Source: Octopus vulgaris (lineage: Eukaryota). From it: DNA of 64,000 nucleotides. Below the pieces are notes generated by a model. It worked only from the letters and a program-made list of their open reading frames with translations. It had not been told where the DNA came from and searched no databases. Each line of letters opens with the position of its first letter. Position 1 is the first letter of the stretch. The DNA lies in NCBI GenBank assembly GCA_951406725.2, contig OX597815.1, forward strand, positions 52,514,001-52,578,000. Reading direction: 5' to 3'. This document shows, piece by piece, positions 40,613 to 54,285 of the stretch. A program made the translations under genes and the position numbers.

Positions 40613-42800
40613 CAGTGTTTTCTAAACTTTTGCGCCAAATTACAATATCGCCTACCTATCGGTCAAAAAATGCTCCATCGCCCTCTTGTTAAAAAAAAAA
40701 CCCAGACATAACCCTCCGTAACTCTAAATCCCCTAGGAGAACCCCCTCCCCCTGCTTTGTATCATTTGACACACACACTATATCGTAAGCTCGTTGCCCG
40801 ATTAGTGCTCTTAGAACTAATTATGCGGTTGTTTACAAATCCCTTATTGTAGGTTTAGTTTTGCCATTAGCGTGAATAAAATTCTCACGTTAACTCCATA
40901 TTATGCAGACATATTAACTTATGGAAACTTGCGCTTTCTTTTACACTGATTTTCATTTTCCCCAAATGAACTATTGGTCAGAACTACTGATACAAAAATA
41001 ATTAATGATTGTATTATAAAGGAAAAGAATAAAATATTTTAATGAGAACCATGTGTATGGTGCGATGCAGCCAGTGCAGATACATTCGATTTCAAACTTG
41101 TCAACTTTAGCCGCAAGTCTCCTCGTGTCACATCCAGTCCAATTCTTTTATGGGAAAGTAAAGATCCAGCATGGCTAAAACTAGATTCAACCAGGTATGT
41201 GGTAGGGAAGGCAAGCAAAAGTAATTTCAGACGTTTCCACAGATTGGGGTAGGAATTCAATATACTTTGATGGTACCACAAACCTGCTTTGCCATTACGG
41301 CGATATCGCATTGTGGTGTCATTGTCATTTTGTAATTCTATCAATTCCGCCTGAACATCGTCCTCGCAATCAACTGCATCGACCTCAAACGGATTGCTGT
41401 ACCACTTTGGTATATTCAGCGCAATAACACCTTGAAATTGCTCCACCATGCCATCGTGCAATGATTGTAAATAGTTGCAAGATGTAGTTAAATCCCCATC
41501 AACCAATTCATCTTTCAAAGAGTCAAGGTGAGGAAATTGAGGGAATTGACGTTTTAAAATGTTAGTCTTATAGAGCACCTATTTCGAAATGAAGTTAGTG
41601 ATAAATGATGTACAATCAACGAGAGTTTTTCTGCTTCCTTGCAATAACTTATTCAGATAATTTAGTTTCGTGACTATATCACAAAGAAAGAAGATATCGG
41701 ACCTTGCAACCATCAATGAAGTGGATATTGGAGTATCTTCAAAGAAAGATATGATTATATGAAACAGTTCAACTAAGCGTAAAGCACAATTTCCTTTTGA
41801 CAGCCACTGCACTTCGGTATGGCATAAGAGTTTAATATAGTCCTCATCATTTCTCAGACAGAGTTGATGGAAAATTCGATCAGACAAGGAACTGGACTTC
41901 AATTTCTTCGCAGTCTTGATAACTAACTATAGCGCATCATTCAATCTACCGGTCATTTCTTTTGCTACTAAATGTAGCCGGTATGCTTTAGGAGAGATGA
42001 AAAACTTCTGTATCTTTCTATCATCGAAGGGGCTCCATCAGACGCACAGGCGAGAATATCACTGAGTGGGGTATTACGTTCAAAAGGGAAAGATTTGAGA
42101 GTGTTAAAAATAGTTTCACCTTTTGAATCAAGCGGAAATTTCTCAGTGAACAGCATTTCCTCACAAAGTTGAAGGTCTTCGCTGAAATACCGGACATATA
42201 CCATCATAAAACATTGATTATCCACAACAGCTGACTCATCCACTTGTATAGAAAATTCAGAACGCTGGAGAATATTAACGTGCGGATGTTTGACATCGTT
42301 GACCATGTTATCGATGCGTAGAGAAATCGTGTTATTACTAAGTGGGATCTTCATAACGTTATCGAATTTTTCGTGCATAACAGTTGAGAAAACCTCTTCG
42401 ATAACCGGGCGAAGTAATGTTTCTCCAATTGTGTGAGACTTCCCAGACTTAGCAACAAGCAATGCAATGTTGTACGAAGCAATCAATCCCGTCATTCTCC
42501 TGTTTACTAGTTTTCTGGAGTAGCATGTTGAATGTGTTTGCTTTTTGAAAGAGATGCTCAGTTGCAAAACGTATGACAACGGCTTGTGCGTCTTGTAAGA
42601 ATACTTTGCATCAAAGTGATACTTCAAGCGTGAAGGTTTCATTGCTTCGTTGGTCAATGTTTGATGACAAAAAGGCTCATTGGTAACTGACAGTTCTGAG
42701 GAGAGGGAATAAATCCAAACAATAAATAGTCACTATTGTATTGACGACAAATTTTCTTGACTGGAGGCATCAGTAAAGTGAAAATGAATTTCTACGAACG
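40613..42800 (-). mobile_element. hAT DNA transposon (Charlie/Buster-type); one TIR-like end visible
   Basis: cagtgttttctaaact at 40613 resembles Charlie TIRs. I did not find the other end. Confidence 0.7.
41039..42770 (-). pseudogene. hAT transposase pseudogene (BED finger, DDE core, hATC dimerisation domain; ZBED5/SCAND3-like family)
   Basis: MPPVKKICRQYNSDYLLFGF, NEAMKPSRLKYHF, FSIQVDES, ASDGAPSM, LCHTEVQWLSKGN and LLAFPTTYLVESSFS. Broken by stops and frameshifts. Confidence 0.9.
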
Positions 42801-43505
42801 GCGTCAGAAAAGTAGTATGGTATTCCCAAAGAGAAGAAGTCGATAGAGCAGAGTCAGGTGATACTTTACTGGAGCAAATAAGGATCGATTTCTTTTGACT
42901 GCCAACATTTCAAAAAAATTAAAGTTTATCGAAATTTTTTACATTTGGCCCATTAGTATACCTTTCCAAGCTAAATTGCTGGAGTTATTCAACTATTTCT
43001 AGAAAAATGTTTTTAAAAAGTTACAGAGATTATTATAGTCATTTGATCATTTTCACCCAGTCAAGAAACACGTTTCAAAGCTGTCATTTTGTGCGTGGCT
43101 GCACATTTTGTCAACATCCTGAAAATAGCACTTGTGTTTTGATATGAAATTATAGAATTACGCACGATATATAACCCCTCATAACTTTTTTTTTTTTTAG
43201 TTTTCAGAAAATTCTCGAAAATTTGTATTCTACACGCAGGACTTTATAGGATTATGTAAAAAAAAAGTGAGAGAAACTGTGGTGGAGCGTGATTTAAGGC
43301 GTAGGCCTACTTCGCTGCTATTTTTAGCACATATGACAACCATCTCAATGTTTTGTTTCTAAAGGAAGGAGAGCTTATATCAATATATATAAAATTACTT
43401 AAGGGCACTCGTGATATCAAAAATAATTCTAGTTAAGGTATAAAGCGAGGTGACTATTAAATAATTATGTTACATTTAAATATTTAAGAAGTGTTAAAGT
43501 AAATA

Positions 43506-43589
<84 letters not shown>

Positions 43590-44296
43590 AATTAAATATC
43601 TGTTTATATATTTTTCTAGTTATAACTTTGCATAGATTTTATTATCTAGGCATGCCTAGAATAAGGATGTACTTTTATTGACTTGAACTCGGGCTTGTTT
43701 ATCGATCGAAATCCCACCAAGGAGAAAATCCCACAGGACAAATTTTACACAGAAATACCAACTAATAGATATTTAAAATTTTCTTATAAAATTTCACTTT
43801 CTTAAAATAATTTTGTTGCAAAGAAAAAACAAATGACTGCCGGAGTATTTTGTCTGGGGAGATTTTGTCCGGTGGTGGTGGTGGTGGTGGGGGGGCGTGT
43901 TTTCGGGGGGGATTTTGTCCTAGTACCAAACAGTTCAGTTCTAGTTAAGCATCTGACACTTCGGTCTTCGAAGGTCTTCGAATATTTGCTACTACATATG
44001 TAAACATGGATAAAGCTCTTTCCCAAGTCATATAGACTCATAGTGCAATTTCCCCTGTTTCTGTGGCGTATATATCTCTCTCACACGCCTGGACAGGACG
44101 CCAGTCCGTCGCAGGATTACTCATTTTTTTTCAGCTGAGCGAACTGGGGTATCTTAAAATGAAGTGACTTGCTCAAGAACACAACGAACTGCCCATTCAG
44201 GAATGAAGACCACAATCTCACGATCATGAGTCCAATCTTCTAGCCACTAAGTCACGCGCCTCCACATACGTATGCAAATGTATGCATGTGTGTGTG

Positions 44297-44342
<46 letters not shown>

Positions 44343-44827
44343 CGTCTGTGTATGTGTACATGCCTGTATACACACACACACACACAAATACACATGCATA
44401 CATAGTAGCCGTTACCTATGTCTATAACTATTAGTTTCATCATTTCCGGTTCCTCACATAATGATTCAAATTCACCTCTTCATGCAGCAGTAAACCAAAT
44501 AGCATGAAAAAGCGGTTTTAAATTATTACACATCGAACCGGAAATGGTAAAACAGCGAATGTAACTGACGGATATTCCAGTTATTAAATAAAGATAATAG
44601 ACTCTGCGCCTTTGTTTGGAGTTCTTTTTGTTAATCTATTTCTCTTTTTATATATATATATATACACATAGATATGCTCACTTATATACGTATACTTATG
44701 TATTCATCTATATATGTACATATATATACATAAATATGTGTATGTGTAACTTTGTATATGTATGTCTATTAATGGAGACAAAGACAGATGCATAGTTATG
44801 TAATGGAAAGATAATACAGAGTCACAG

Positions 44828-44867
<40 letters not shown>

Positions 44868-44869
44868 TA

Positions 44870-45295
44870 AGCCATTGACACAAACAGCAGCATTAGAATT
44901 TTCGCGGATAACTCTAACCTTCTGAAGGTCATTGGGAGTACAGGAAACCGGATTAATCTCCAATCGGATCTGCTCGCTGGTTTCCGATGGGTGGAAAAAC
45001 ACACTATGCAGCCCTACAAGAATAAATTTGAATTGATCCACTTCAGTCAAGAGATTACACTTAAGCTACCATACACTTTTCCCTCGGGCGAAAACCTTGT
45101 GGCATCAAACGCTGCTAGGGACCTCGGAGTTACTATCGAAAATACCTTAAGCTGGAGTGCTCACAAAACAATGAAGTCGGCATGGCTCGCAGAGCTTGCT
45201 CCTGGATTCTCGGGATTTTTCGGTCTAGAGACCTTCCTGCCATTACTCGTCTCTTCTCCACCTTCGCCCGTTCTCATCTTGAATACTGTTGTCTG
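44870..45295 (+). pseudogene. CR1/L2-group LINE RT C-terminal relic
   Basis: FADNSNL...LQSDL...W...HTMQPYKNKFELIHF...RDLGVTIENTLSWSAH. Confidence 0.7.
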
Positions 45296-45348
45296 CTGTA
45301 AGAAGTTTTGTCGAGGGTCTTCTCTCTCTGTATAAACCTTTGTACACT

Positions 45349-45407
<59 letters not shown>

Positions 45408-45442
45408 GTAAATGTAATATGTGACAATTATTCGGTAGCCAT

Positions 45443-45503
45443 GATAAAACTCCGAGTTTCGGATATTGGAGTGGAAATCCACGCCGCTATCTCTTCAGTT
45501 ATC
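45443..45503 (-). ncRNA. Type I hammerhead ribozyme in a ~130-bp insert (45405-45533) within (TA)n
   Basis: Minus strand: gataa-CTGAAGA-gata..gtgg attt ccac..tatc c-GAAA-ctcggag-TT-ttatc. Confidence 0.75.
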
Positions 45504-45532
45504 CGGCCATCGGAAAAAACGGTATGAAAACG

Positions 45533-45564
<32 letters not shown>

Positions 45565-45789
45565 CTTTACTACCCACAAGGGGCTAAACACAGAGGGGAC
45601 AAACAAGGACAGACAAAGGGATTAAGTCGATTACATCGACCCCAGTGCGTAACTGGTACTTAATTTATCGACCGCGAAAGGATGAAAGGCAAAGTCGACC
45701 TCGGCGGAATTCGAACCCGGAACGTAACGACAGACGAAATACGGCTATGCATTTCGCCCGGCGTGCTAACGTTTCTGCCAGTTCGACGC

Positions 45790-45792
<3 letters not shown>
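45565..45792 (-). mobile_element. tRNA-derived SINE (third family)
   Basis: Similar to 27960-28157. B box gttcgaattcc on the minus strand; (TA)n flanks. Confidence 0.78.
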
Positions 45793-45820
<28 letters not shown>

Positions 45821-46017
45821 AGTTCATAGAGATTGCCACGTGAACCGAAACAGAAAGTGATAAAGGGATAGTGGGAGATAGAGGGACGAAGAGAGAGAGA
45901 AAGAGAGAGAGCGGTAAAGAACTTTTATCTATCTTTTATGTAAATATTTAATGAGTATGCTAATATTACTTACATAACAGCACATGGTACCATCTCTTCA
46001 ACCAAATATTTAGATAA

Positions 46018-46099
<82 letters not shown>

Positions 46100-46219
46100 G
46101 TGTGTATGCATGTATGTGTGTGTGTATGTGTAAGTCTGCACGTGTATCTGTATAATTTTCTACTCCCTGTGTAGATATGTGTATTCGTTAGGTGTACAAA
46201 AACGGTCATGCATATGGGT

Positions 46220-46262
<43 letters not shown>

Positions 46263-46982
46263 GGTGGAGAGAGTGCATGTCCACATCCAGGTATATGTAT
46301 GTTTGTTGTTTTGGCATACGTGTGAGTGTGAGGGTGTATATACGCATGTGTGTGTGTGTGCATGTAAGCATGCATCCGTGTATGTGTGTGTATATCTGTG
46401 TGTGTGCATATATGTGTGAGTATGTATGAGTGCATTTGGGTATTCAAGTGTTCATGTATGTATATGTATACGTATATATTATGCGCGCAATATTCCATGT
46501 TTCCGCATAGGTGATATGTGAGTGAATACAGGTTTTATGCGTATACATGTTTGTGTAATGTGTCCGTAGTCATGTACATGTACGTATGTTTATGTTTATA
46601 ACATATATATTTTTTTTATCCCTCTCTCTCTATTATAATTATTTTGATATACTGATTATTGCCAGTTTATTCAGAAGCTATTAATATTAATGATAAATTT
46701 GCAGTTATTAATATTCTAAGTAGGGATATAAGACATTATACACAGGCACAGACATTATAAGACATTATAGACAGGCACAGACTCACACATATGTGCGCAC
46801 ATGCACACACAAACATATGTATATACAGAGTCGTTCATATATAAATCTATCTATCTATATATGCCTGTGTGTGTGTGTATGAGTCTCTGTGTTTCTGTGT
46901 ATATCTACGCATCCCACATTCAAACCCCCATACAAATAAATATATGTATGTTTGTGTGTGTGTGTGTGTGTATATATGTATG

Positions 46983-47038
<56 letters not shown>

Positions 47039-48496
47039 CATATATTATGTACATATATATACACACACATATAGACACATATATGTGCGTGTTTGTGTAT
47101 GTGTATGTCTATACCTAATCTACACATCCATATCTATATTCATGTATATAGATATAAATATACACACATGCAAAATTACATACACATATACAGATACTAT
47201 GCATATACGTATGTATGTTAGTTATTATATATTATATATATTCCTACACTCAATCACATACACACACATGCACGCACACATATATGTATGCGCGTGTGTA
47301 TGTATGTATATATTTAATCCAGCTTTAATGTTTTCATTCTCATTTTCGTTTCTTTCTATAATTTTCAGTTCCAATAAAACGTCAATAATAACTACCATTA
47401 AAATCACTACATCAGAGACATATTGAGACGTTTAGGAACCTAGCAAATTTCATCGTTCAAACAAAAGGAGCCAACAGGAAAACCTATATGAGGTCACTTG
47501 CTCTGCTAGTAATAGCAGCTAAATCTACTTTAAATCAAGCTTTATGGTCTTAAAGAAGGGAAGGACGCATTTGTTTCCATCTTCGCCTTCTATATATCTA
47601 TTAATTCCTACTCATGTGTTAGAGGAGTCTAACTTAGAATTAGAAATCCATTGAAAAAAATTAGGTAATTAGGTAACAGTCTGAATGCCTTTGATCCTTC
47701 ATTTATTCTGTTAGAGCTGACCCCCGGGAAACAACGTCCATAAGAAAAACGATAACAACAACAATAATCATATTATCAATAACAACAAAAGGAGAGATTA
47801 CAGAAAAGCGCTTTCAGAATCATTCAAACTGGATCATATTCGGCAAATTAATATAGCTACCATAAAGACTGGTTTATGCTTCGTTAGAGCAGGTTAACTT
47901 ACACTTGACCCCGATGTGGCGATCTTTCAGTGTAAGTACTTAAAATAGCAATAAAAGTGAAAGAAAAGTTCCATTCACCAACAATGAAGTGAAAACACTA
48001 AATTGCTGTTTCCGATATTTTAATATCTTTCACCTACAAAAAATAGAAAGCAGAGTATAGATTTAACATGCAAATAATAATTCAATTCAACAGCTGTTTC
48101 AATAGAATAGAAGCATCATCATTTATATAATTACGTAATTAGCATGCTTAATTAATTTAGAAGTGATGTGTTGTTCATATCATCAGGAGAAAAAAAAATG
48201 AAAAATGCATCTCAAGATCCCGTTAACGATTTTAATAGAAATGAATCAGAGAGAAAAACATTCAATGTGTTTTTAATTGAATTTTCAAAGACCGTGCATA
48301 TATTTTATGTTGTTTATACATCGAGACAAACAAGTAAAACAAGGTGGGCAAGCGAAAATATATTACTAAAAAAGTAGCTAAATATAAAGTAAAAACACAA
48401 GAATTAAAACGTGCATAAGGAAGATAAAATATGCCAACAAAACAAACGCCAAATTGCATGTATTATATCAGTAAAATTGATTTTAGTTAAACTACA

Positions 48497-49270
48497 TAGG
48501 CAAATGTATGGCTGTGTGGTAAGAAGTTTGACTCTCAATTACTTGATTCTGGGGTTCAGTCCCAATGCATAGCAACTTGGGCAAGTATCTTCTACTGAAC
48601 TGATCAAAGTCTTGTATGGGGATTTGATGGATAGAAACTGAAAGAAGCCCATCGTACACATAGGCACATATAACTTTATCTTTCACTTGTTCTAGTAATT
48701 AAACTGCAGCCATGCTTGACCACCACTTTGAAGAATGTTTTAGTCGAATCAATCAACGCCAGTACTTAATTTTTTAAAGCCTTTTCTATCGATTTCTTTT
48801 GCAGAACTGGTAGGTTACGGAGACGTAAACACACCAACACCGGTTGTCAAGCGGTTGTAGGGGACAAACACAGACACAAAACACACACACATAGATATAT
48901 ATATGCATTTATGTTACGGGCTTCTTTTGGTAGGTCCGAAGTTATAAGTAGAAGATACTCGCAGAAGGTGCCACGCAGTGGAACTGAACCCAGAACTATG
49001 TGGTTGGGAAGCAAGCTTCTTACCACACAGTCACACACATGTGCGCAGACACACACATGCGCGCGCATGCATGCATGAATATATTTGTGTGTATTCTAGT
49101 GTTTGTCTCCCACCATAGTGTAGTGTGACAACGGATGTTAGTTTGTTTCCGTAACCTATCGGTTCGGCAAAAGAGTCCGATAGAATCAGTAACAGGCTCA
49201 AAAATTAGTCACTTGGGCCGATTCGTTTGACTAAAACCCTTCTAGTGTAACTGCAGTCCAATGACTGAAA
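48497..49270. mobile_element. Cluster of old dominant-SINE pieces in alternating orientation
   Basis: 48497-48660 (+), 48680-49030 (-) and 49085-49270 (+). Confidence 0.65.
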
Positions 49271-49614
49271 TCAGTGCAAAGGAGAAAAAATGGAAGATGC
49301 TGAAAGAATATTAATGTCTAACCCAAGATACGCATGTCAATGAAGGCATTATGTTTATGGACTTGACGCCAACTATTTTACAAAGATCAATCCTGATCTT
49401 CCGCCAAAACATAATAGTAGTTTGTAGTTAGAAGAAGAAAAAAAAACAATAAATAAAAAGAAAAATCTGTCTAGTTTACCAGTATGCTAATTTTTATAAT
49501 GATGTCTGTTAAATAATTGCTAAAAATATTTTTGTATAAAGCACATTTTTGTTTTTAAAACACATACACACTAGTCTCTTTTTTTGTTTTCCCGTTTAAT
49601 GGAAAGAATATATA

Positions 49615-49704
<90 letters not shown>

Positions 49705-50293
49705 TGTGCCTGTAAACACTAATTATATCATTATAGAGTCATTGTTGCCATAAAAGACACAAATACATTGTTCTATTACTTATTAGTTTACTTATAATAA
49801 TATAACAGAAGAAGAATCCATACTTTTAGTAGTCACGTGGTTCGTTTGTTTTCAGGCGCCTTTAGAATTATTTCATGTTTTTAACTACATTCCCAAACAA
49901 ACAAAATATACAAAAGGCAAACCAATATTTGTGTTCATTCTGTCCCAGAGATTTCGAAATTCAGAAGCAATTACAGAATGATGAGTGTCATTAAAAGCGT
50001 TGTTGTAGTTAATCAAAAGCCAGTATCCAGTCTAAGGCCCTATGATAGTAGAGAAATGTTTGTCGAAAAGCACCGGAAGAAAAAAAGACATATGTTCTTT
50101 GTTCATATCTTAAGCAAAGAAATTCTGCTCAACAATGTAGCTTCATTAGTTCGTAAAAGTAAAAATTCTGACAAATGCAGAAACGCAGAATTTATTTTTC
50201 TTCTGTATGCTCCGTCTCTATCCAGCGGCGCAATGACATGAAAATCATTATCAAGAACAACTGATACTACTTTTCTTCTCTCTGCATATATGT

Positions 50294-50327
<34 letters not shown>

Positions 50328-50631
50328 CACACACTGACACACACACAAGCGTTGTGCATTTCTGTGTGCGTGTGCAAGTGAAGTTACCCATTATGGTGAT
50401 AGCCAAGTTTATGATAGATTTTTACGGTGTTTGAATATTCTATGTTATTTATTAGAGAAAGAAACTAAGCACCTCTTCGCTGACGAGTTGCTAACAGTTT
50501 ATGAAATGGTCTTCCAGAAAATTGCCCCATTTTCCGCATAGCAAAAGCGTAAAAGGAATATGTTTATTTTTTTGTAGTTATTTCACAACTGGTCTTCCTT
50601 CTGGTCTTCTGATATATATATAAATAAATAA

Positions 50632-50700
<69 letters not shown>

Positions 50701-50709
<9 letters not shown>

Positions 50710-51555
50710 ATTTAGGAACGGTCATTTTGCCAGTTTAGCCAATAAAAGCACACGCACTATATATTTGGTGTTACTTTGCTTCAGCGTTATTTATTTTTTA
50801 CACTAATCTTAATCTTATTCCAGCCAGAGTTCTTTCGTCACACTCCTGTGACCGCATCAGTGGTCCTTTGCTTTCTTCTTTCTTATTTGTGTGTCTCTCC
50901 TTACTAACCGTCAGCCATTTTGTATTTCTATTGTATGTGTCTTCAGTTGCACATGCGTATATCTCATTGTGCGTCTAAGTTTTTAAAAATTTTTTATTTA
51001 TTTTTAAAAATTTTTAATTTAAAAAGAATTTTTTTAATTTAAAAATTTTTTTATTATTAATACTATTATTGTTGTTATACATACATACATACATACATGC
51101 ATACATAATAATAATAACATTGATAATGATAATAATAATGATAATAATAATGATAATAAGTAGGTGTAAACACATGAACAAAATAAGAATAAACAAAAAC
51201 AAAAACAAATTACACGAACGTATATAAACAGAAGATACAAATATTACAGACACCCCCCTACACACACACTAACTAAACATAGACGCACATAGAGATATAC
51301 GCATGCGCAAATGAAGACACATACAATAGAAATACAACCTGGCTGACGATTAGTAAGGAGAGACACACAAATAAGAAAGAAGAAAGCAAAGGGCATATAA
51401 TGCGGTCACAGGAGTGTGACGAAAGAACTCTGGCCGAAATAAGATTAAGATTAATGTAAAAAATAAATAACGCTGAAGCAAAGTAACACCAAATATATAG
51501 TGCGTGTGTTTTTATTGGCTTAACTGGCAAAATGGGCATTCCTAAATACAACAAT
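50701..51555. mobile_element. Diverged inverted repeat (~280-bp arms) with a decayed HHR-like motif, next to (TA)n
   Basis: 50701-50982 is approximately the reverse complement of 51275-51555. Motif: CTGATGC-g-gtcac aggagt gtgac-GAAA on the minus strand of the left arm. Confidence 0.75.
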
Positions 51556-51593
51556 ATCTGTTTCAACACACGATTACACATAAAAAATCTTGC

Positions 51594-51636
<43 letters not shown>

Positions 51637-51775
51637 ATATATATATGTATATATATATACATATATATATACATGCGCAAACATACATACATATATACAT
51701 ATACATACATACATACATACATACATACATACATACATACATACATACATACATACATACATACATACATACATA

Positions 51776-52850
51776 AGGCGCAGAAGCTTAATATCGATCC
51801 AAACTACCGTTAAATATCATTTCATGTCTCTGTGACAACATCTTTTAAACTACCGAGTGTTGAAGTGTATCCCATGACCAAATTTACATACATGAGGCTG
51901 ATCACATCATAAAACTTGGAAGGTAGCTACTTGAGCAGCATTCCTTGTTTGATAACCAAAGAAATCGCACACATCATCAGATAAAAGGATGAGCGTATAT
52001 GAACAGAAGACCATGCATGGATATGTTAGCAGCAAACTCCGAGATGATAGTAACATCGATCATCAAAGCAGTCTATCATGGATCAACAACCGAATTACTA
52101 CCTCCCACTATGAAGGGTATGCATTTGAAATCCAAGGACAGGAAATATCAACCAAATACCTGTTGTACAAAAGGGAGAGAGACGCAGGAAAAGCAGTAGA
52201 ATTGTGACAACCGATGCAAACTTCGTAGAGTTAACACCGAAGATAGCATTCATGTCGTAAGAAGTTGTCCGAAAATGTCATGACGGAATTATCTACCGAT
52301 GAGACTTGATGTTGTAGCTAGGACACTGTATAACGAGATCCGTCGAAATGATAACCTTGAGGACAATAAAAATAAGACCTCACAGCATGGTGGAAGCCAT
52401 AGCTATTCATAATAAAAAGGAGTACTGGTGGAAGTCCCAGTGAAAAACTTAATAAAATGTAAACACAATAAACATGGTATAATGATTTGGGATAGAGATG
52501 AGAAGCTATCAGCCGCTTAGAGGATGTAACATAAAGCTGAAGATCAGTGAAAAAGAGAATACCTATGAGAAATCTGCAGTTACTCTATCCAGATTACAAA
52601 CTCAGGTTTATACCTGTAATTATTGGGGTACTGGGATATGTAACACACTATCTAAGTACCAATCTCGAGAAATTAGGCTTCTCAAAACTAGAAAGGGGAA
52701 AGCTGATTCGAAGACTACAAATTCAATCCATCACTGGAACTAAAAATTTGTAATACCAGAAGTTTGTCATTTAAATACATAGGAGCATGTCTAGATATGC
52801 AACTATATGTATGAGAATACATATATAAAATATAACACAAATATTCACGT
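51776..52850 (+). pseudogene. 5'-truncated R4/Dong-like non-LTR element: CCHC knuckle + restriction-like endonuclease region
   Basis: KTMHG..., EGYAFEIQGQEISTK, CDNRCKL...EDSIHVVRSC, GIMIWD and LQLLYPDYKLRFIPVIIGVLG. (CATA)n lies on both sides. Confidence 0.8.
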
Positions 52851-52879
52851 ATACATACATACATACATACATACATACA

Positions 52880-52910
<31 letters not shown>

Positions 52911-52999
52911 TTTCGTATGGAACAACACTCTCAGAGACTAGTGTGTTAAAAATACAGGGCTTCACTCAGAATGCCGGTGAATCGTCAGGCGTTGTTTTG

Positions 53000-54150
53000 A
53001 CATGATTTGTTATTTTCATTGACGAATACCTGCGAATGTTTTGTTCCTGATGTGAACATTGCTATGATGTACGTCATTAATTGTTGATTTTGTATTTGTT
53101 GTGTGTCTCTGTGAGATGAGTGTGCGTGGTGTATTGGAAGAAATATCAAAGGAAGAATGATAGTAAATTCACGTCAAAGAGGACATGAGTTTGGAGAGGG
53201 AAAACGCTGCTCCTGTGAATCCTAGAATTTGCGAATCCATTGTGTGGTGCGAAGATAAACACTAAGATAGATGTTGAGATGTTGAGGAGTAGTCCGGATT
53301 TATTTTGTTGAGTGGTAATCCAGTTTCTGAGCTGGACGCCACGAAGATGTTCCGTGAATCAACCAGCTAAAGCGTACCGTTTTGAATGATGTACAAAGTG
53401 TCGAAGAGGGAGCATTTTAAACAGAAGATGGCGCCAGTATGAGTGTTCAGGTGAAGGAATCAGAAATGTAGAACGTGTGGTGGTTGGGTTCTATTAGAGA
53501 AGTAGAGTTGGTGAGGAACGGATAGCTATGATAACGGAGTTGGGAACAAGGGGAAAATCCAAGAGAGACAGGGTGGAGGGTTAACTCGCATTGGTTGCAG
53601 GCACGCTTGAATAAAAGGAGGGGTGGATTAGAGAAAAAGGTGGGGTGGTAGCATCAGTATGAAAGATATGGAAGGTACGCAGGGAGTTTATGGTGACGGG
53701 GTAAGGTGGAGAGGAAAAAAGTAGAGGAATGGAGATGCGATTGGGAGTGAGACGAGTAGGAGGGGAAGGAAGAGGTGTAATATATTTGGCCTGCTGGGGT
53801 TAAGGCAACTTCGATTAATGTGGGACGTATGAATGAAGAGATGGTCCATGAATTGTGACTGGGTCTTAAAATCTTTATTTTAGCATCACAGATGTTGGAG
53901 AAAGAGAAGACGGGAGTAATGGATGGTCTGTTTGGTGTAGGAAGGGTAGGAAGAGAAAGAAAATTCAATAGAGGAGATTCAGTGGATTTATAGAAGGTAA
54001 AAAAAATGTAGTTAAAGCGATTGATAGAGATATTGATATTTAGAAAATAAATGGAGGTATCCGAAGTAAGAGAGCTGATTTCGAAGGAAAAGTCGAAGAG
54101 TGACGAATCAAATGAAAGAGTTCAAATGCTCGCGAGGAATGGAGGTGGCG
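53000..54150 (-). pseudogene. Heavily decayed PLE relic
   Basis: CT-rich minus strand with a remnant LYI...RFTEHLR-like GIY-YIG segment near 53340-53400. Boundaries are approximate. Confidence 0.4.
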
Positions 54151-54285
54151 TCGAAACGCGTTTACATATACATACATAATACATGCACACTTATATACGT
54201 ACATACAAAACATACATACATATATACATACATACATACATACATACATACATACATACATACATACATACATACATACATACAT

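Larger units (their letters stand above)
38969..43640 (+). repeat. Diverged local direct duplication (38969-39202 + 40595-40612 vs 43348-43640)
   Basis: atgttttgtttctaaaggaa...atttaaatatttaagaag...tagtta|taactt.gcatagatt is present twice. Confidence 0.8.

Noticed and set aside
41039-42770. Domesticated ZBED-like host gene
   Set aside because: Multiple stops and frameshifts plus an adjacent TIR-like end indicate a dead transposon.
43700-43925. Small MITE-like element with ggacaaaat/attttgtcc sub-repeats
   Set aside because: The termini and TSD could not be defined.
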